Both the position numbers and the translations under genes were made by a program. The notes beneath the pieces were generated by a model. The model made no database searches and was not told where the DNA came from. It saw only the letters and a program-made list of their open reading frames with translations. From Marinomonas sp. IMCC 4694 (lineage in GTDB: Bacteria > Pseudomonadota > Gammaproteobacteria > Pseudomonadales > Marinomonadaceae): a stretch of 24,000 bases of DNA. Below are positions 1 to 6,926 of this stretch, piece after piece; within the stretch, counting starts at the first letter, position 1; the number at the start of each line of letters is the position of its first letter. The DNA lies in the NCBI RefSeq assembly GCF_008122525.1, contig NZ_VSRV01000001.1, positions 738,611 to 762,610 on the forward strand. Direction: 5' to 3'.

Positions 1-1
1 A

Positions 2-583
2 CACCCGGAATTTGCAGATGCAATCCGGCGTGCGCTGTCACCCATCGAAGACGTGGAACAACGGCTTCAGTTCGATTATGCCATCTATCGAATGCAACCG
101 GCTGAACAAGCTGGTGGCTTAGATGACAAGGTCAATGGCATGGGACACACCCTCTTTAGGGAGGTGGCTCGTGATGCCAATGAACTGTTTGAGCGTTCCG
201 TTGCAGGTAAGAATCAAATCAGCCAGCGAGCCCTTAATCCTCTGAAACGGTTAAGAGACAAGTTGGATGGTTTGTCATTCCTGGATCATCGAGTCCAGCC
301 GATGGTTGAAGCGATGGACAATTTATTTGTTCGTCTGCCGAAGACCGGCCCTGTGACAGACAATCTCTATCACGAACTGATGGCGACCATTTTAATTTTG
401 TCTGATCCAGACAAGATGAGAATGCACGGTGAAGGTCAATTGGATATCAGACAACTGATGCCCAAACCTGAACCTAAACCCGCACAGCCAGTATCTGCTC
501 AGCCAGATAACTTACGTGCAATACCACAACCAACCGTCAGACCAAACCTTGGTTCGACTGTACCAAACTCATTTTATTTTTAA
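2..583 (+). CDS. C-terminal part of a conserved ICE core protein (possibly DUF3150-like); 5' end lies outside the window
   Basis: The frame is open from nt 2, with no stop upstream of the GTG at 53 that the ORF track uses. It ends at TAA 581-583. The tail is Pro/Gln-rich. It lies upstream of the CobT-like vWA gene, as in SXT/R391 backbones. The family name is recalled from typical annotations and is not verified. Confidence 0.55.
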   Translation, partial: HPEFADAIRRALSPIEDVEQRLQFDYAIYRMQPAEQAGGLDDKVNGMGHTLFREVARDANELFERSVAGKNQISQRALNPLKRLRDKLDGLSFLDHRVQPMVEAMDNLFVRLPKTGPVTDNLYHELMATILILSDPDKMRMHGEGQLDIRQLMPKPEPKPAQPVSAQPDNLRAIPQPTVRPNLGSTVPNSFYF

Positions 584-586
584 CGT

Positions 587-611
587 CCTTGAGGGTATGT
601 TGCCCTGAAGG
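587..611 (+). other. GC-rich hairpin immediately after the stop codon (CCTTGAGGG-N7-CCCTGAAGG)
   Basis: 9-bp inverted repeat with one mismatch, read directly. No U-tract follows, so it is not a classical intrinsic terminator. Confidence 0.35.
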
Positions 612-644
612 GTGCATGTCCTCTGAACTATGTAAGAGGAAATT

Positions 645-1085
645 ATGCAATCAACCATCCATAACCCCAGCCAACTGAAGCAGTTTGAAGCACATTTTCG
701 TGGTGTGACTGATGCGGTTGAAAGTGAATCGATACCAGAAGTGGCGTGTTGTCGAACGTTAGTACAACGGTCGTACTCAACACATAGTGTCGTGATCCCA
801 AAGAACCCTGTGCTGATTGCAGATGCGGAGGCACAAGGAGCTTGGGTAACGGCCATGGTGTTTGTTCCAAACATGGCATTGCAGCAAACCGCTTTTGAGC
901 GGGCCTGGCTGCAATATCAACACGAGGTGTCTACTCAGTTACAAGATCAGTACGGTCTGACATTGGATGACATCCTGAGTTTAGACCAGCTTAAAACGTC
1001 ATTTGAGCAGCACGAGAGTCCAGCTCAATTGGTGGCTTGGTTAGGTCAAAAATACGACCTGGATAAGCTAAAAGCACAGGTTTAA
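645..1085 (+). CDS. Hypothetical protein of the conserved ICE backbone (146 aa)
   Basis: ATG preceded by AAGAGGAA. Co-directional with and tightly packed among its neighbours. I recognise no motif. Confidence 0.6.
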   Translation: MQSTIHNPSQLKQFEAHFRGVTDAVESESIPEVACCRTLVQRSYSTHSVVIPKNPVLIADAEAQGAWVTAMVFVPNMALQQTAFERAWLQYQHEVSTQLQDQYGLTLDDILSLDQLKTSFEQHESPAQLVAWLGQKYDLDKLKAQV

Positions 1086-1096
1086 ACACTTACATT

Positions 1097-1124
1097 CCCA
1101 GCGGGGAAACGCTCCCGCTGAGGG
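1097..1124 (+). other. GC-rich hairpin after the stop codon (CCCAGCGGGG-loop-CCCGCTGAGGG)
   Basis: About 10-bp stem with one bulge, read directly. Its sequence is related to the hairpin at 2828-2858. Confidence 0.35.
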
Positions 1125-1154
1125 AGTATTCCCCCTAATGATTAGGAGACTCCC

Positions 1155-2810
1155 ATGAATCATCCATTAAAAAATGCACTGCCAATCGTTGCCGCCGCTT
1201 ATGGCGAAAAGTTTGGTGTGAAGGTGCTTATTCAAGGACAAGATGCGTTTACCGATGGTGAGCGGATTGTGATCCCAACAGCAAACCCAGACGACCCACA
1301 CTATCAACAGATAGCTTGGGGTTATCTGGCTCATGAAGCGGCGCATATTCGGCATACTAATTTTGAAATGGTGCAGAAGGCGTCGTCCAAGCCGATCCGT
1401 AAGACACTTCTCAATATCATTGAGGACGTTCGCATTGAAAACGAATTGGCAAAGGATTACCCCGGAACCCGGCGCAGTATTTTGCAAGTGATTGAGTACA
1501 TGGTGGACACACAGCAAATGTGTGTACCTGCACAGCTTGAGCCTGCATCTAACTTGCAAGCCTGGTTGTTGTTCCGCTTGAGATGCCATTTTCTGGACCA
1601 GAAAGCGCTGACGCCTTTGTATCAAGCAGTTGATGAAAGAGTGAGGCAACTCTTTCCTGCCGCAGCGATGAGCCGGTTAAGCGCCATGCTGACAGCAGTA
1701 CCTAGCCTAGCATCTACAGGTGAAGTGCTAAAACTTGTCGATGCTATCGTTGCCATGTTGGAAGAAGAATCTCGTCCACCACAGGATGAGTCTGATGCTG
1801 ATAGCGGTGATGACATTGGACAAGCTGCGAGTAATGACAGCAATAACAGTAGTGACAGTCAAACCCCGGAAGCAGACTCGTCTGCAATGGTGGATGCTGC
1901 TGAAACGGGGGATTCAGATAACTCTGATCAAGCTGACAATTTGCGACAAGCCTTAGAGGCCAGTGCCGCTCAGTTTGAGCCCGATACCTTTGCACAAGTG
2001 GCAGAAGTGTTGTCGGAACAAGCTGAAGGACATCAGGGCGTCACTCCACTCAGTTTGCCCCAAGCAGAGCAAGCCATGTTGGGTGATGAGGCCATCTTGA
2101 CCTTATCGGCGTCTGAGTCCGCTCAAATTCGAGCCCGAATTAGAGGCATGGTTCAGTCCAGTCAGGACAATCGGAATCATGCCCAAAGGCACGGTCTTCG
2201 AGTTGCAACCCATCGTCTTGCCGCTTCACAAGCAGGTGAGTCGAGATTGTTTATTCAAAGGCAACCTCGCATTGTCCCCAATGCTGCTGTGCACTTGCTG
2301 GTCGATATATCGGGTTCAATGGGTAAACCCATCGGAGAAGGTAATCGAAAGTACTTTCATATTGCCAATGAAGCCGCTTTGGCTTTGGCCATGGCACTGG
2401 AAGGCATACCGGGTGTTGTACCTGCGGTCAGTTATTTTCCTGGTATTCATCAGGAAGTTTCTATCGCGTTATTACCCAAGCAATCGGTTCGACATCGGGC
2501 CGCCTGTTTTGACCAAAAACCACGAGGTTGTACGCCTATGGCACAAGCGATGTGGTTTGCGGCAAACAGTTTGTTAGCACAAAAACAGAAGCGAAAGCTA
2601 ATGATAGTGCTAACCGATGGTGACCCAGATGATTGGGCTGCCACGCATGACATTGTTGACCGGTGCAGACGAAGTGGCTTTGAGCTGCTGGGGATCGGGA
2701 TTCAAACACGCAGTGTTGAGAAATTCTTTCCTCAAAGCATTGTGATTAATGACGTCAAAGATCTAAAGCGTGAGTTATTCGAAGTAACGCAACAACTGTT
2801 AATTCAGTAA
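1155..2810 (+). CDS. CobT-like protein: N-terminal HExxH region, acidic/Ser-rich linker, C-terminal von Willebrand factor A domain
   Basis: SD GGAGAC 6 nt upstream of the ATG. Contains the LAHEAAHIRH motif and a D/S/E-rich low-complexity tract (about aa 205-260). The vWA MIDAS motif is VDISGSM, with a later LTDGDP. The position matches the CobS/CobT-like pair of SXT/R391 ICEs. Confidence 0.85.
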   Translation: MNHPLKNALPIVAAAYGEKFGVKVLIQGQDAFTDGERIVIPTANPDDPHYQQIAWGYLAHEAAHIRHTNFEMVQKASSKPIRKTLLNIIEDVRIENELAKDYPGTRRSILQVIEYMVDTQQMCVPAQLEPASNLQAWLLFRLRCHFLDQKALTPLYQAVDERVRQLFPAAAMSRLSAMLTAVPSLASTGEVLKLVDAIVAMLEEESRPPQDESDADSGDDIGQAASNDSNNSSDSQTPEADSSAMVDAAETGDSDNSDQADNLRQALEASAAQFEPDTFAQVAEVLSEQAEGHQGVTPLSLPQAEQAMLGDEAILTLSASESAQIRARIRGMVQSSQDNRNHAQRHGLRVATHRLAASQAGESRLFIQRQPRIVPNAAVHLLVDISGSMGKPIGEGNRKYFHIANEAALALAMALEGIPGVVPAVSYFPGIHQEVSIALLPKQSVRHRAACFDQKPRGCTPMAQAMWFAANSLLAQKQKRKLMIVLTDGDPDDWAATHDIVDRCRRSGFELLGIGIQTRSVEKFFPQSIVINDVKDLKRELFEVTQQLLIQ

Positions 2811-2827
2811 CCACATCCATTTTACCA

Positions 2828-2858
2828 CCCTGCGGGGACGATTCCGTCTCCGTCAGGG
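2828..2858 (+). other. GC-rich hairpin after the stop codon (CCCTGCGGGGACG-ATTC-CGTCTCCG(T)CAGGG)
   Basis: 13-bp stem with one G-U pair and one bulged T, read directly. A second CGTCTCCG copy (2867-2874) is followed by T8 and then by the radC SD. Confidence 0.4.
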
Positions 2859-2893
2859 CATGGGTTCGTCTCCGCTTTTTTTTGGAGACTCCT

Positions 2894-3391
2894 ATGAAAA
2901 ACAGAAAGTTCTTAGCTGGCGAAGAAGCCGGTACTTACATCGTTCCTAAGCAAGTGACTGAAGCGGATATTTTAGATATGGCGCTTAAGCTTGCCCGTGG
3001 TCGATTGAGTAAAGGTCGCAAAATTGAACAGCCATCGTCGGCGTTCTCATACCTGCAAACTTTGATGCACGAGTATGAGCACGAGGTTTTTGGTGTGCTG
3101 TTTCTTGATACAAAGCATCGTGTTATTCGATTTGAAGAGCTATTCAAAGGTACTTTAGATGCGGCGAGCGTGTATCCAAGGGAAGTAACAAAGCGAGCGC
3201 TAGAACTTAATGCGGCAGCAGTGATACTGGTTCATAACCATCCATCGGGTGATCCTGAGCCAAGTGAAGCTGATAAACGCATTACTCATCGACTCCGTGA
3301 CGCCTTGTCACTTGTTGATATTCGAACGCTTGACCATGTTGTGGTCGCATCCGAGGGCTGCGTTTCGCTTGCCGAACGCGGTTATCTTTAA
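2894..3391 (+). CDS. radC: RadC-family JAMM/MPN+ domain protein
   Basis: Motif HNHPSGDPEPSEAD is the JAMM H-x-H-P-S-G...S-x-x-D signature. I prefer the ATG at 2894, which has SD GGAGAC at 2884-2889, over the TTG at 2882 used by the ORF track. Confidence 0.9.
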   Translation: MKNRKFLAGEEAGTYIVPKQVTEADILDMALKLARGRLSKGRKIEQPSSAFSYLQTLMHEYEHEVFGVLFLDTKHRVIRFEELFKGTLDAASVYPREVTKRALELNAAAVILVHNHPSGDPEPSEADKRITHRLRDALSLVDIRTLDHVVVASEGCVSLAERGYL

Positions 3392-3732
3392 TGAATGGGC
3401 GCATTGCCCATTCTCCTACATCACAAAAGCAGTCACATCAACACACATCATCACAGCTCGAATTTCTATTTGAGTTTGATGATGCCCCAGTCACTTGGTC
3501 TGACACGGAAATCTGGCAGTTACGCGAAGGCATTCTATTGGATGCGATCCGTGTATTGCTGGACGGTCGTGTCAGTACTCGATTGCGAAAGGATGTGTTG
3601 TCGTGGATTCAAAATGACGAAATAGCGCCATTTTGCTTTCGTGTTTGCGCGATGGCTGCGGTTGTCGATCCTGATGTGCTTCGTGATTCCATCATGTGGC
3701 TATTAAGACGACATGGTATCCAGCTTGACTAA
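3391..3732 (+). CDS. Hypothetical protein (113 aa), translationally coupled to radC
   Basis: Its ATG overlaps the radC stop (TAATG). I recognise no motif. A competing overlapping ORF at 3395-3625 is less likely. Confidence 0.5.
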   Translation: MNGRIAHSPTSQKQSHQHTSSQLEFLFEFDDAPVTWSDTEIWQLREGILLDAIRVLLDGRVSTRLRKDVLSWIQNDEIAPFCFRVCAMAAVVDPDVLRDSIMWLLRRHGIQLD

Positions 3733-3822
3733 CGCTCCTGTATTAACCGAACGGCTAATGCAGGACCTAAGCTGACTTTTACCACCTGTGGTAGGAGTCG
3801 GCATTTTACTTAAGGAGGTTAT

Positions 3823-4890
3823 ATGGCGTTACCTTTACAGATTGAAACAGTAAGGCCATATCTTAATGGCCAATGGCTTCAAGTCTTGGCGGCATTGGTG
3901 CCAGAACTTGATGCCGCTATTGCTCGAAAAGGCCGTCATGTGGCTTGTCCTGTTCATGGCGGTCGTGATGGCTTTAGGCTGTTCAAAGATGCTGAATATA
4001 CCGGTGGTGGCGTTTGTAATACCTGCGGTATCTTTCATGATGGCTTTGAACTGTTGTCTTGGATTAATGGATGGAACTTTGCTCAGTCTATTGAAGCAAT
4101 CGGTCAAGTTCTAGGTATTCAACCCGGACAAGTACCAACTCGGGCAATACCGAGTAACGCTGTTGACTGGAAGACTAAAAAGCAGGAAGAGGACAAAGCG
4201 ATTATCCATCGTTTGAATCAAACGTGGGAAGAAACGTTACCTCTTGCAGATACTCGTGCGCAACCTGTTTGGAACTACTTGCATCGTCGTGGCATTGTTA
4301 CCCGGCTTCGTTCTGAATGGGATTCGGTGCTGAGGTTTCATCCAAATTTGCCTTACCATGATGAAGATGGCCTGTTTATCGATACCTACCCAGCGCTGCT
4401 AGGTAAAATCGTTACTCAGCAAGGGCGTTCGGCCACGTTCCATCGGATCTACCTAAGTAAAGATGGATTCAAAGCGCCGGTTGAAAAGCCTAAAAAGATG
4501 ATGCCGATACCAAGTGACAGAACAATCACAGGTGGTGCCATTCCGATAGGTGAGCCTGGTGAAGTACTAGGTGTTTCTGAAGGTATTGAAACAGCTTTAG
4601 CGGTTACCAAAGCTACGGGACAAACATGTTGGTCGGTTGTGAATGCAACGCTACTGGCTAGGTTTGAACCACCAAGTAATGTGAAAATGCTGTACATCTG
4701 GGCAGATCACGATCTCTCTGAGACCGGCCTGAACGCAGCGAATGAACTAAAGAAAAAAGCCTGGCAAAAAGGCATTCTGACACAAGTGTTGATCCCTCCG
4801 ATACCAACGTCACTCGGCGTGAAAAATTGGGATTGGAATGATGTGCTGAATGTTTACGGTGCTATGGGCTTTCCGAAAGTTCATATCTGA
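3823..4890 (+). CDS. Zinc-ribbon plus Toprim domain protein (primase-like), conserved ICE core gene preceding the variable hotspot
   Basis: Strong SD AAGGAGG. N-terminal CPVHGG...CNTCG is a 4-ligand zinc motif. The C-terminal half has the Toprim-type motifs SEGIETALA and WADHD. Confidence 0.8.
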   Translation: MALPLQIETVRPYLNGQWLQVLAALVPELDAAIARKGRHVACPVHGGRDGFRLFKDAEYTGGGVCNTCGIFHDGFELLSWINGWNFAQSIEAIGQVLGIQPGQVPTRAIPSNAVDWKTKKQEEDKAIIHRLNQTWEETLPLADTRAQPVWNYLHRRGIVTRLRSEWDSVLRFHPNLPYHDEDGLFIDTYPALLGKIVTQQGRSATFHRIYLSKDGFKAPVEKPKKMMPIPSDRTITGGAIPIGEPGEVLGVSEGIETALAVTKATGQTCWSVVNATLLARFEPPSNVKMLYIWADHDLSETGLNAANELKKKAWQKGILTQVLIPPIPTSLGVKNWDWNDVLNVYGAMGFPKVHI

Positions 4891-4893
4891 TCC

Positions 4894-4917
4894 AAGGGGC
4901 TTCGGCCCCTTTTTTTT
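4894..4917 (+). terminator. Rho-independent terminator closing the core-gene operon
   Basis: AAGGGGC-TTCG-GCCCCTT followed by a T-run, starting 4 nt after the stop codon. Confidence 0.8.
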
Positions 4918-5306
4918 GCGCCTTGCATATTTGAAAAAACATGGAGAATGAAAAATAGATAACCAATAGGAGAAACAAACATGATGGTATTAACCCTGTT
5001 AACAAAGCAGATTGATGGTGAGTTTACGGTTTACTGGAAGACCGGCCTTCGAAGATGTGGTGAAGATAAAGGTCGATTTAGGAGAGCAAGACAACAATCT
5101 ACCTGAGCAGCAAAAGCCAATTGCAGCGATTCTTAATTTGGGTCAGCTGACTCGGGATATCGTAGAGTAGAGAAACGATAGGTAACCGAAGGTAAGAAGC
5201 TTGAGTGGTTAATTGCAGAGATACCAAGCAAGGTAAGGGAATAGAAGAAGCATCCCAGTATTAATAAAAAATCTCATTAATACTGTGTATAAAAGACAGT
5301 ATTAGA

Positions 5307-5463
5307 TCAAAAGTAAAGAATCGATTTCGGTACTGAAGCGCAAGTTTGGCTTCCATAAATTGGTCTATAAAGGCCTATCAAAAAAGAAAAATAGATAGCA
5401 TTATAGTTTGCTCTGGGAAACTTGTTGTGAGCGGAGCAGATGATACGGTCTGCACGGAGTTAA
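5307..5463 (+). pseudogene. Remnant of the C-terminal end of an IS5-group (DDE_Tnp_1) transposase
   Basis: Across two frames with internal stops it reads SKVKNRFR / VLKRKFGFHKLVYKGLSKKKN* / FALGNLL*AEQMIR. This parallels the E. coli IS5 transposase tail, recalled as ...RVEHVFRIIKRQFGF..YKGL.KN....LFTLANLFRADQMIR. There is no N-terminal part. Confidence 0.45.
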
Positions 5464-5589
5464 TCTGTCTAAAAGGAAGTATTTAAAGCTTCTTAGCTTC
5501 TAACTAGGGTGTAAATGGAAGCGCGAATTACGTCTGCTATAAATTAGGTCGACTTAATCGCATGTTCCTTAAGCATGGATGCAGGTGAA

Positions 5590-6505
5590 GGGAGTTGTTT
5601 CCTAAATCATTGAACTAATCATCAGAACCTCGAGCAGATCATTAAAACTTATAGATGGGTGACTATGATGGGTAAGGCTAAGTACAGAATCAACAACTGG
5701 AAGCAATGCAACCAAGTATTAATTAACCGTGGGTATATCATTTTCTGGATAGATGATACCGCCGTGAATTCCTGGCACTGCAACGAGCATCATGGAAGCC
5801 ACGGAAGAGGCTTCCAATTTACCGATGTCGTCATCGAACAGCCCTGATGAATAAAGGCGTTTTTAAGCCTCCGTTGCGCGCCTTACAAGGCTTTATTGAC
5901 TAAATATTCATCATTGTTGTATGTCTGTCCCTCTTAAGTTGCCGTCTTACATACGTATCAGTAAGCAGGTATAGACAGTTGAGATTCATTACCGCCTGCC
6001 AAGTAGCGGTCCAGCTGCTCACGAAGTTATTTATGCAAGTCTTCGGTGAAGGAGAATGGAAAATGCGTAAGCATGGTAAAGAAAAACGCCGAGTATGGCG
6101 TAAATTGCACCTCGCTATTTATGCCGCTACGCAAGAGAACATTGCTGCTGAAGTGGGCTTGGATTGTGTCGGTGATAATGAAGTCTTACCGACGTTGTTG
6201 AACCCGCTTCGTCGAAAAATAAAGCAAGTAAGCGCATTAAAATCGGGTGATCTCGCCATGTGGAAATAGGACAGTGACTATCATAAGCGGTTATTGTCAG
6301 AAACGACGATGTACCGTTCTAAGCAGTTGCTCAGTCTAAAATTGACGTTGAGAGATTACAACGCACAAGTCGGAGAAGTGTTAGCAAACGTCAAGGTAAT
6401 AAACAAAGTCATAAGACTCGGTATGCGTGTTCGAAAACCAACTGGCTAGGCTGTTAAAACCAAACAGGATCAGTTCGTTAGCTTAATGATTTGTTTAACA
6501 AGGCC
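5590..6505 (+). mobile_element. Degenerate IS5-family, IS903-group insertion sequence (about 916 bp, internally deleted)
   Basis: The left end GGGAGTTGTTTCCTAAATCATTGAAC matches the reverse complement of the right end, GGCCTTGTTAAACAAATCATTAAGC. Both resemble the IS903 IR, recalled as GGCTTTGTTGAATAAATC. The flanking 9-mers differ, so there is no target duplication. Confidence 0.7.
5665..6447 (+). pseudogene. IS903-group transposase pseudogene (stops, frame changes, about 140-bp internal deletion)
   Basis: Fragments MGKAKYRINNWKQCNQVLINRG, PPLRALQGFID*, FGEGEWKMRKHGKEKRRVWRKLHLA and WK*DSDYHKRLLSETTMYRSKQLL..LTLRDYNAQV..LGM are collinear with the IS903 transposase. TAG at 6267-6269 replaces a conserved Trp codon. 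Confidence 0.8.
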
Positions 6506-6623
6506 TTTCAAAAATGATGAATTTTCTCAAGCTTGGAGTTAGGCATAATGCAAATTTAGAACTTTATTTGTATTATGGATATAGATATATGCAAAAAAGT
6601 TATTAAAATTAACATTTAAAAAT

Positions 6624-6652
6624 TTGACTATTATTGCATTTAATTGTATTAA
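6624..6652 (+). promoter_or_regulatory. Candidate sigma70 promoter for the tna-like cassette
   Basis: TTGACT (6624-6629), a 17-nt spacer, then TATTAA (6647-6652), about 45 nt upstream of the leader-peptide ATG. This is a pattern match only. Confidence 0.3.
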
Positions 6653-6697
6653 TTAATCATCATAGTTTTTAACAACCAAACAAAGAGGGGGAAGAAA

Positions 6698-6811
6698 ATG
6701 TCTTTTTTTAAATTTATTTATGCTTTCCCTTTAATCATATCGGCGGTTGCACACTTCAACTGGTTTACAGCCGATCCTCAAATTAAAAATCCATCCAAAA
6801 ACTCTATTTAG
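6698..6811 (+). CDS. tnaC: Candidate tnaC-like regulatory leader peptide (37 aa)
   Basis: SD AGAGGGGGAAG lies 5-8 nt upstream of the ATG. The peptide is MSFFKFIYAFPLIISAVAHFNWFTADPQIKNPSKNSI*. It has one Trp followed by Phe, and Asp at W+4, as in E. coli TnaC (KWFNID). It sits 115 nt upstream of tryptophanase. The ORF track does not list it because it is too short. Confidence 0.45.
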   Translation: MSFFKFIYAFPLIISAVAHFNWFTADPQIKNPSKNSI

Positions 6812-6926
6812 TCTAAGAATCCCCTTTCTTTCGAATTAAAGTCATTCCGTTTTTCGTTTCTGCTTTAGCAGTATGCGTGTGACTTTTAGATTAAATATTC
6901 AATTATTTTTGATTAAGAGTTTTATT

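Noticed and set aside
569-879. Minus-strand ORFs 569-874 and 643-879
   Set aside because: They lie antisense to a well-supported + strand gene with a good RBS, have no RBS of their own and have odd composition. I treat them as shadow ORFs.
1790-1950. Acidic/Ser-rich tract of the vWA protein as a DNA tandem repeat
   Set aside because: It is low-complexity at the protein level only. I could not find a repeating nucleotide unit.
1167-2653. ORFs overlapping the vWA gene (1167-1649 -, 1622-1843 -, 1735-1956 +, 1744-1995 -, 2179-2577 +, 2450-2653 -)
   Set aside because: All sit inside the 551-aa CobT-like CDS, which carries recognisable motifs. Their translations are Cys/His/Arg-rich, the pattern typical of off-frame reading.
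2935-3625. ORFs 2935-3147 (-), 3249-3473 (+) and 3395-3625 (+)
   Set aside because: They overlap radC or the coupled downstream ORF in other frames. They have no start-site support.
3835-4697. ORFs 3835-4107 (-), 3866-4114 (+) and 4449-4697 (-) within the Toprim gene
   Set aside because: They are shadow ORFs inside a motif-bearing CDS.
5278-5304. TAATACTGT-N9-ACAGTATTA palindrome as a LexA/SOS box
   Set aside because: The core is CTG-N11-CAG, whereas the gammaproteobacterial SOS box is CTG-N10-CAG. No gene lies downstream that it could regulate. It is reported instead as part of the three-copy motif.
5517-5532. GGAAGCGCGAATTACG resembling the IS5 terminal inverted repeat
   Set aside because: It sits where a right IR of the IS5-group remnant would be expected, but it points the wrong way: outer GG on the left. 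With only about 11/16 identity to the IR I recall, I cannot support it as an IS end.
5659-6269. ORF-track entries 5659-5847 and 5979-6269 as independent genes
   Set aside because: Both are fragments of one decayed IS903-group transposase. They are collinear with the family sequence and interrupted by stops and a deletion.
6511-6532. Possible CRP site (AAATGATGAATTTTCTCAAG) upstream of the tna-like promoter
   Set aside because: At best 3/5 plus 4/5 matches to the TGTGA-N6-TCACA half-sites, and the spacing is ambiguous. That is too weak to call without a matrix score.
6873-6926. Upstream ATG 6873 as the tnaA start
   Set aside because: It would add 18 residues ([18 protein letters not shown]) with no counterpart in TnaA. 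ATG 6927 reproduces the canonical N-terminus and has an AAGAG SD-like sequence upstream.
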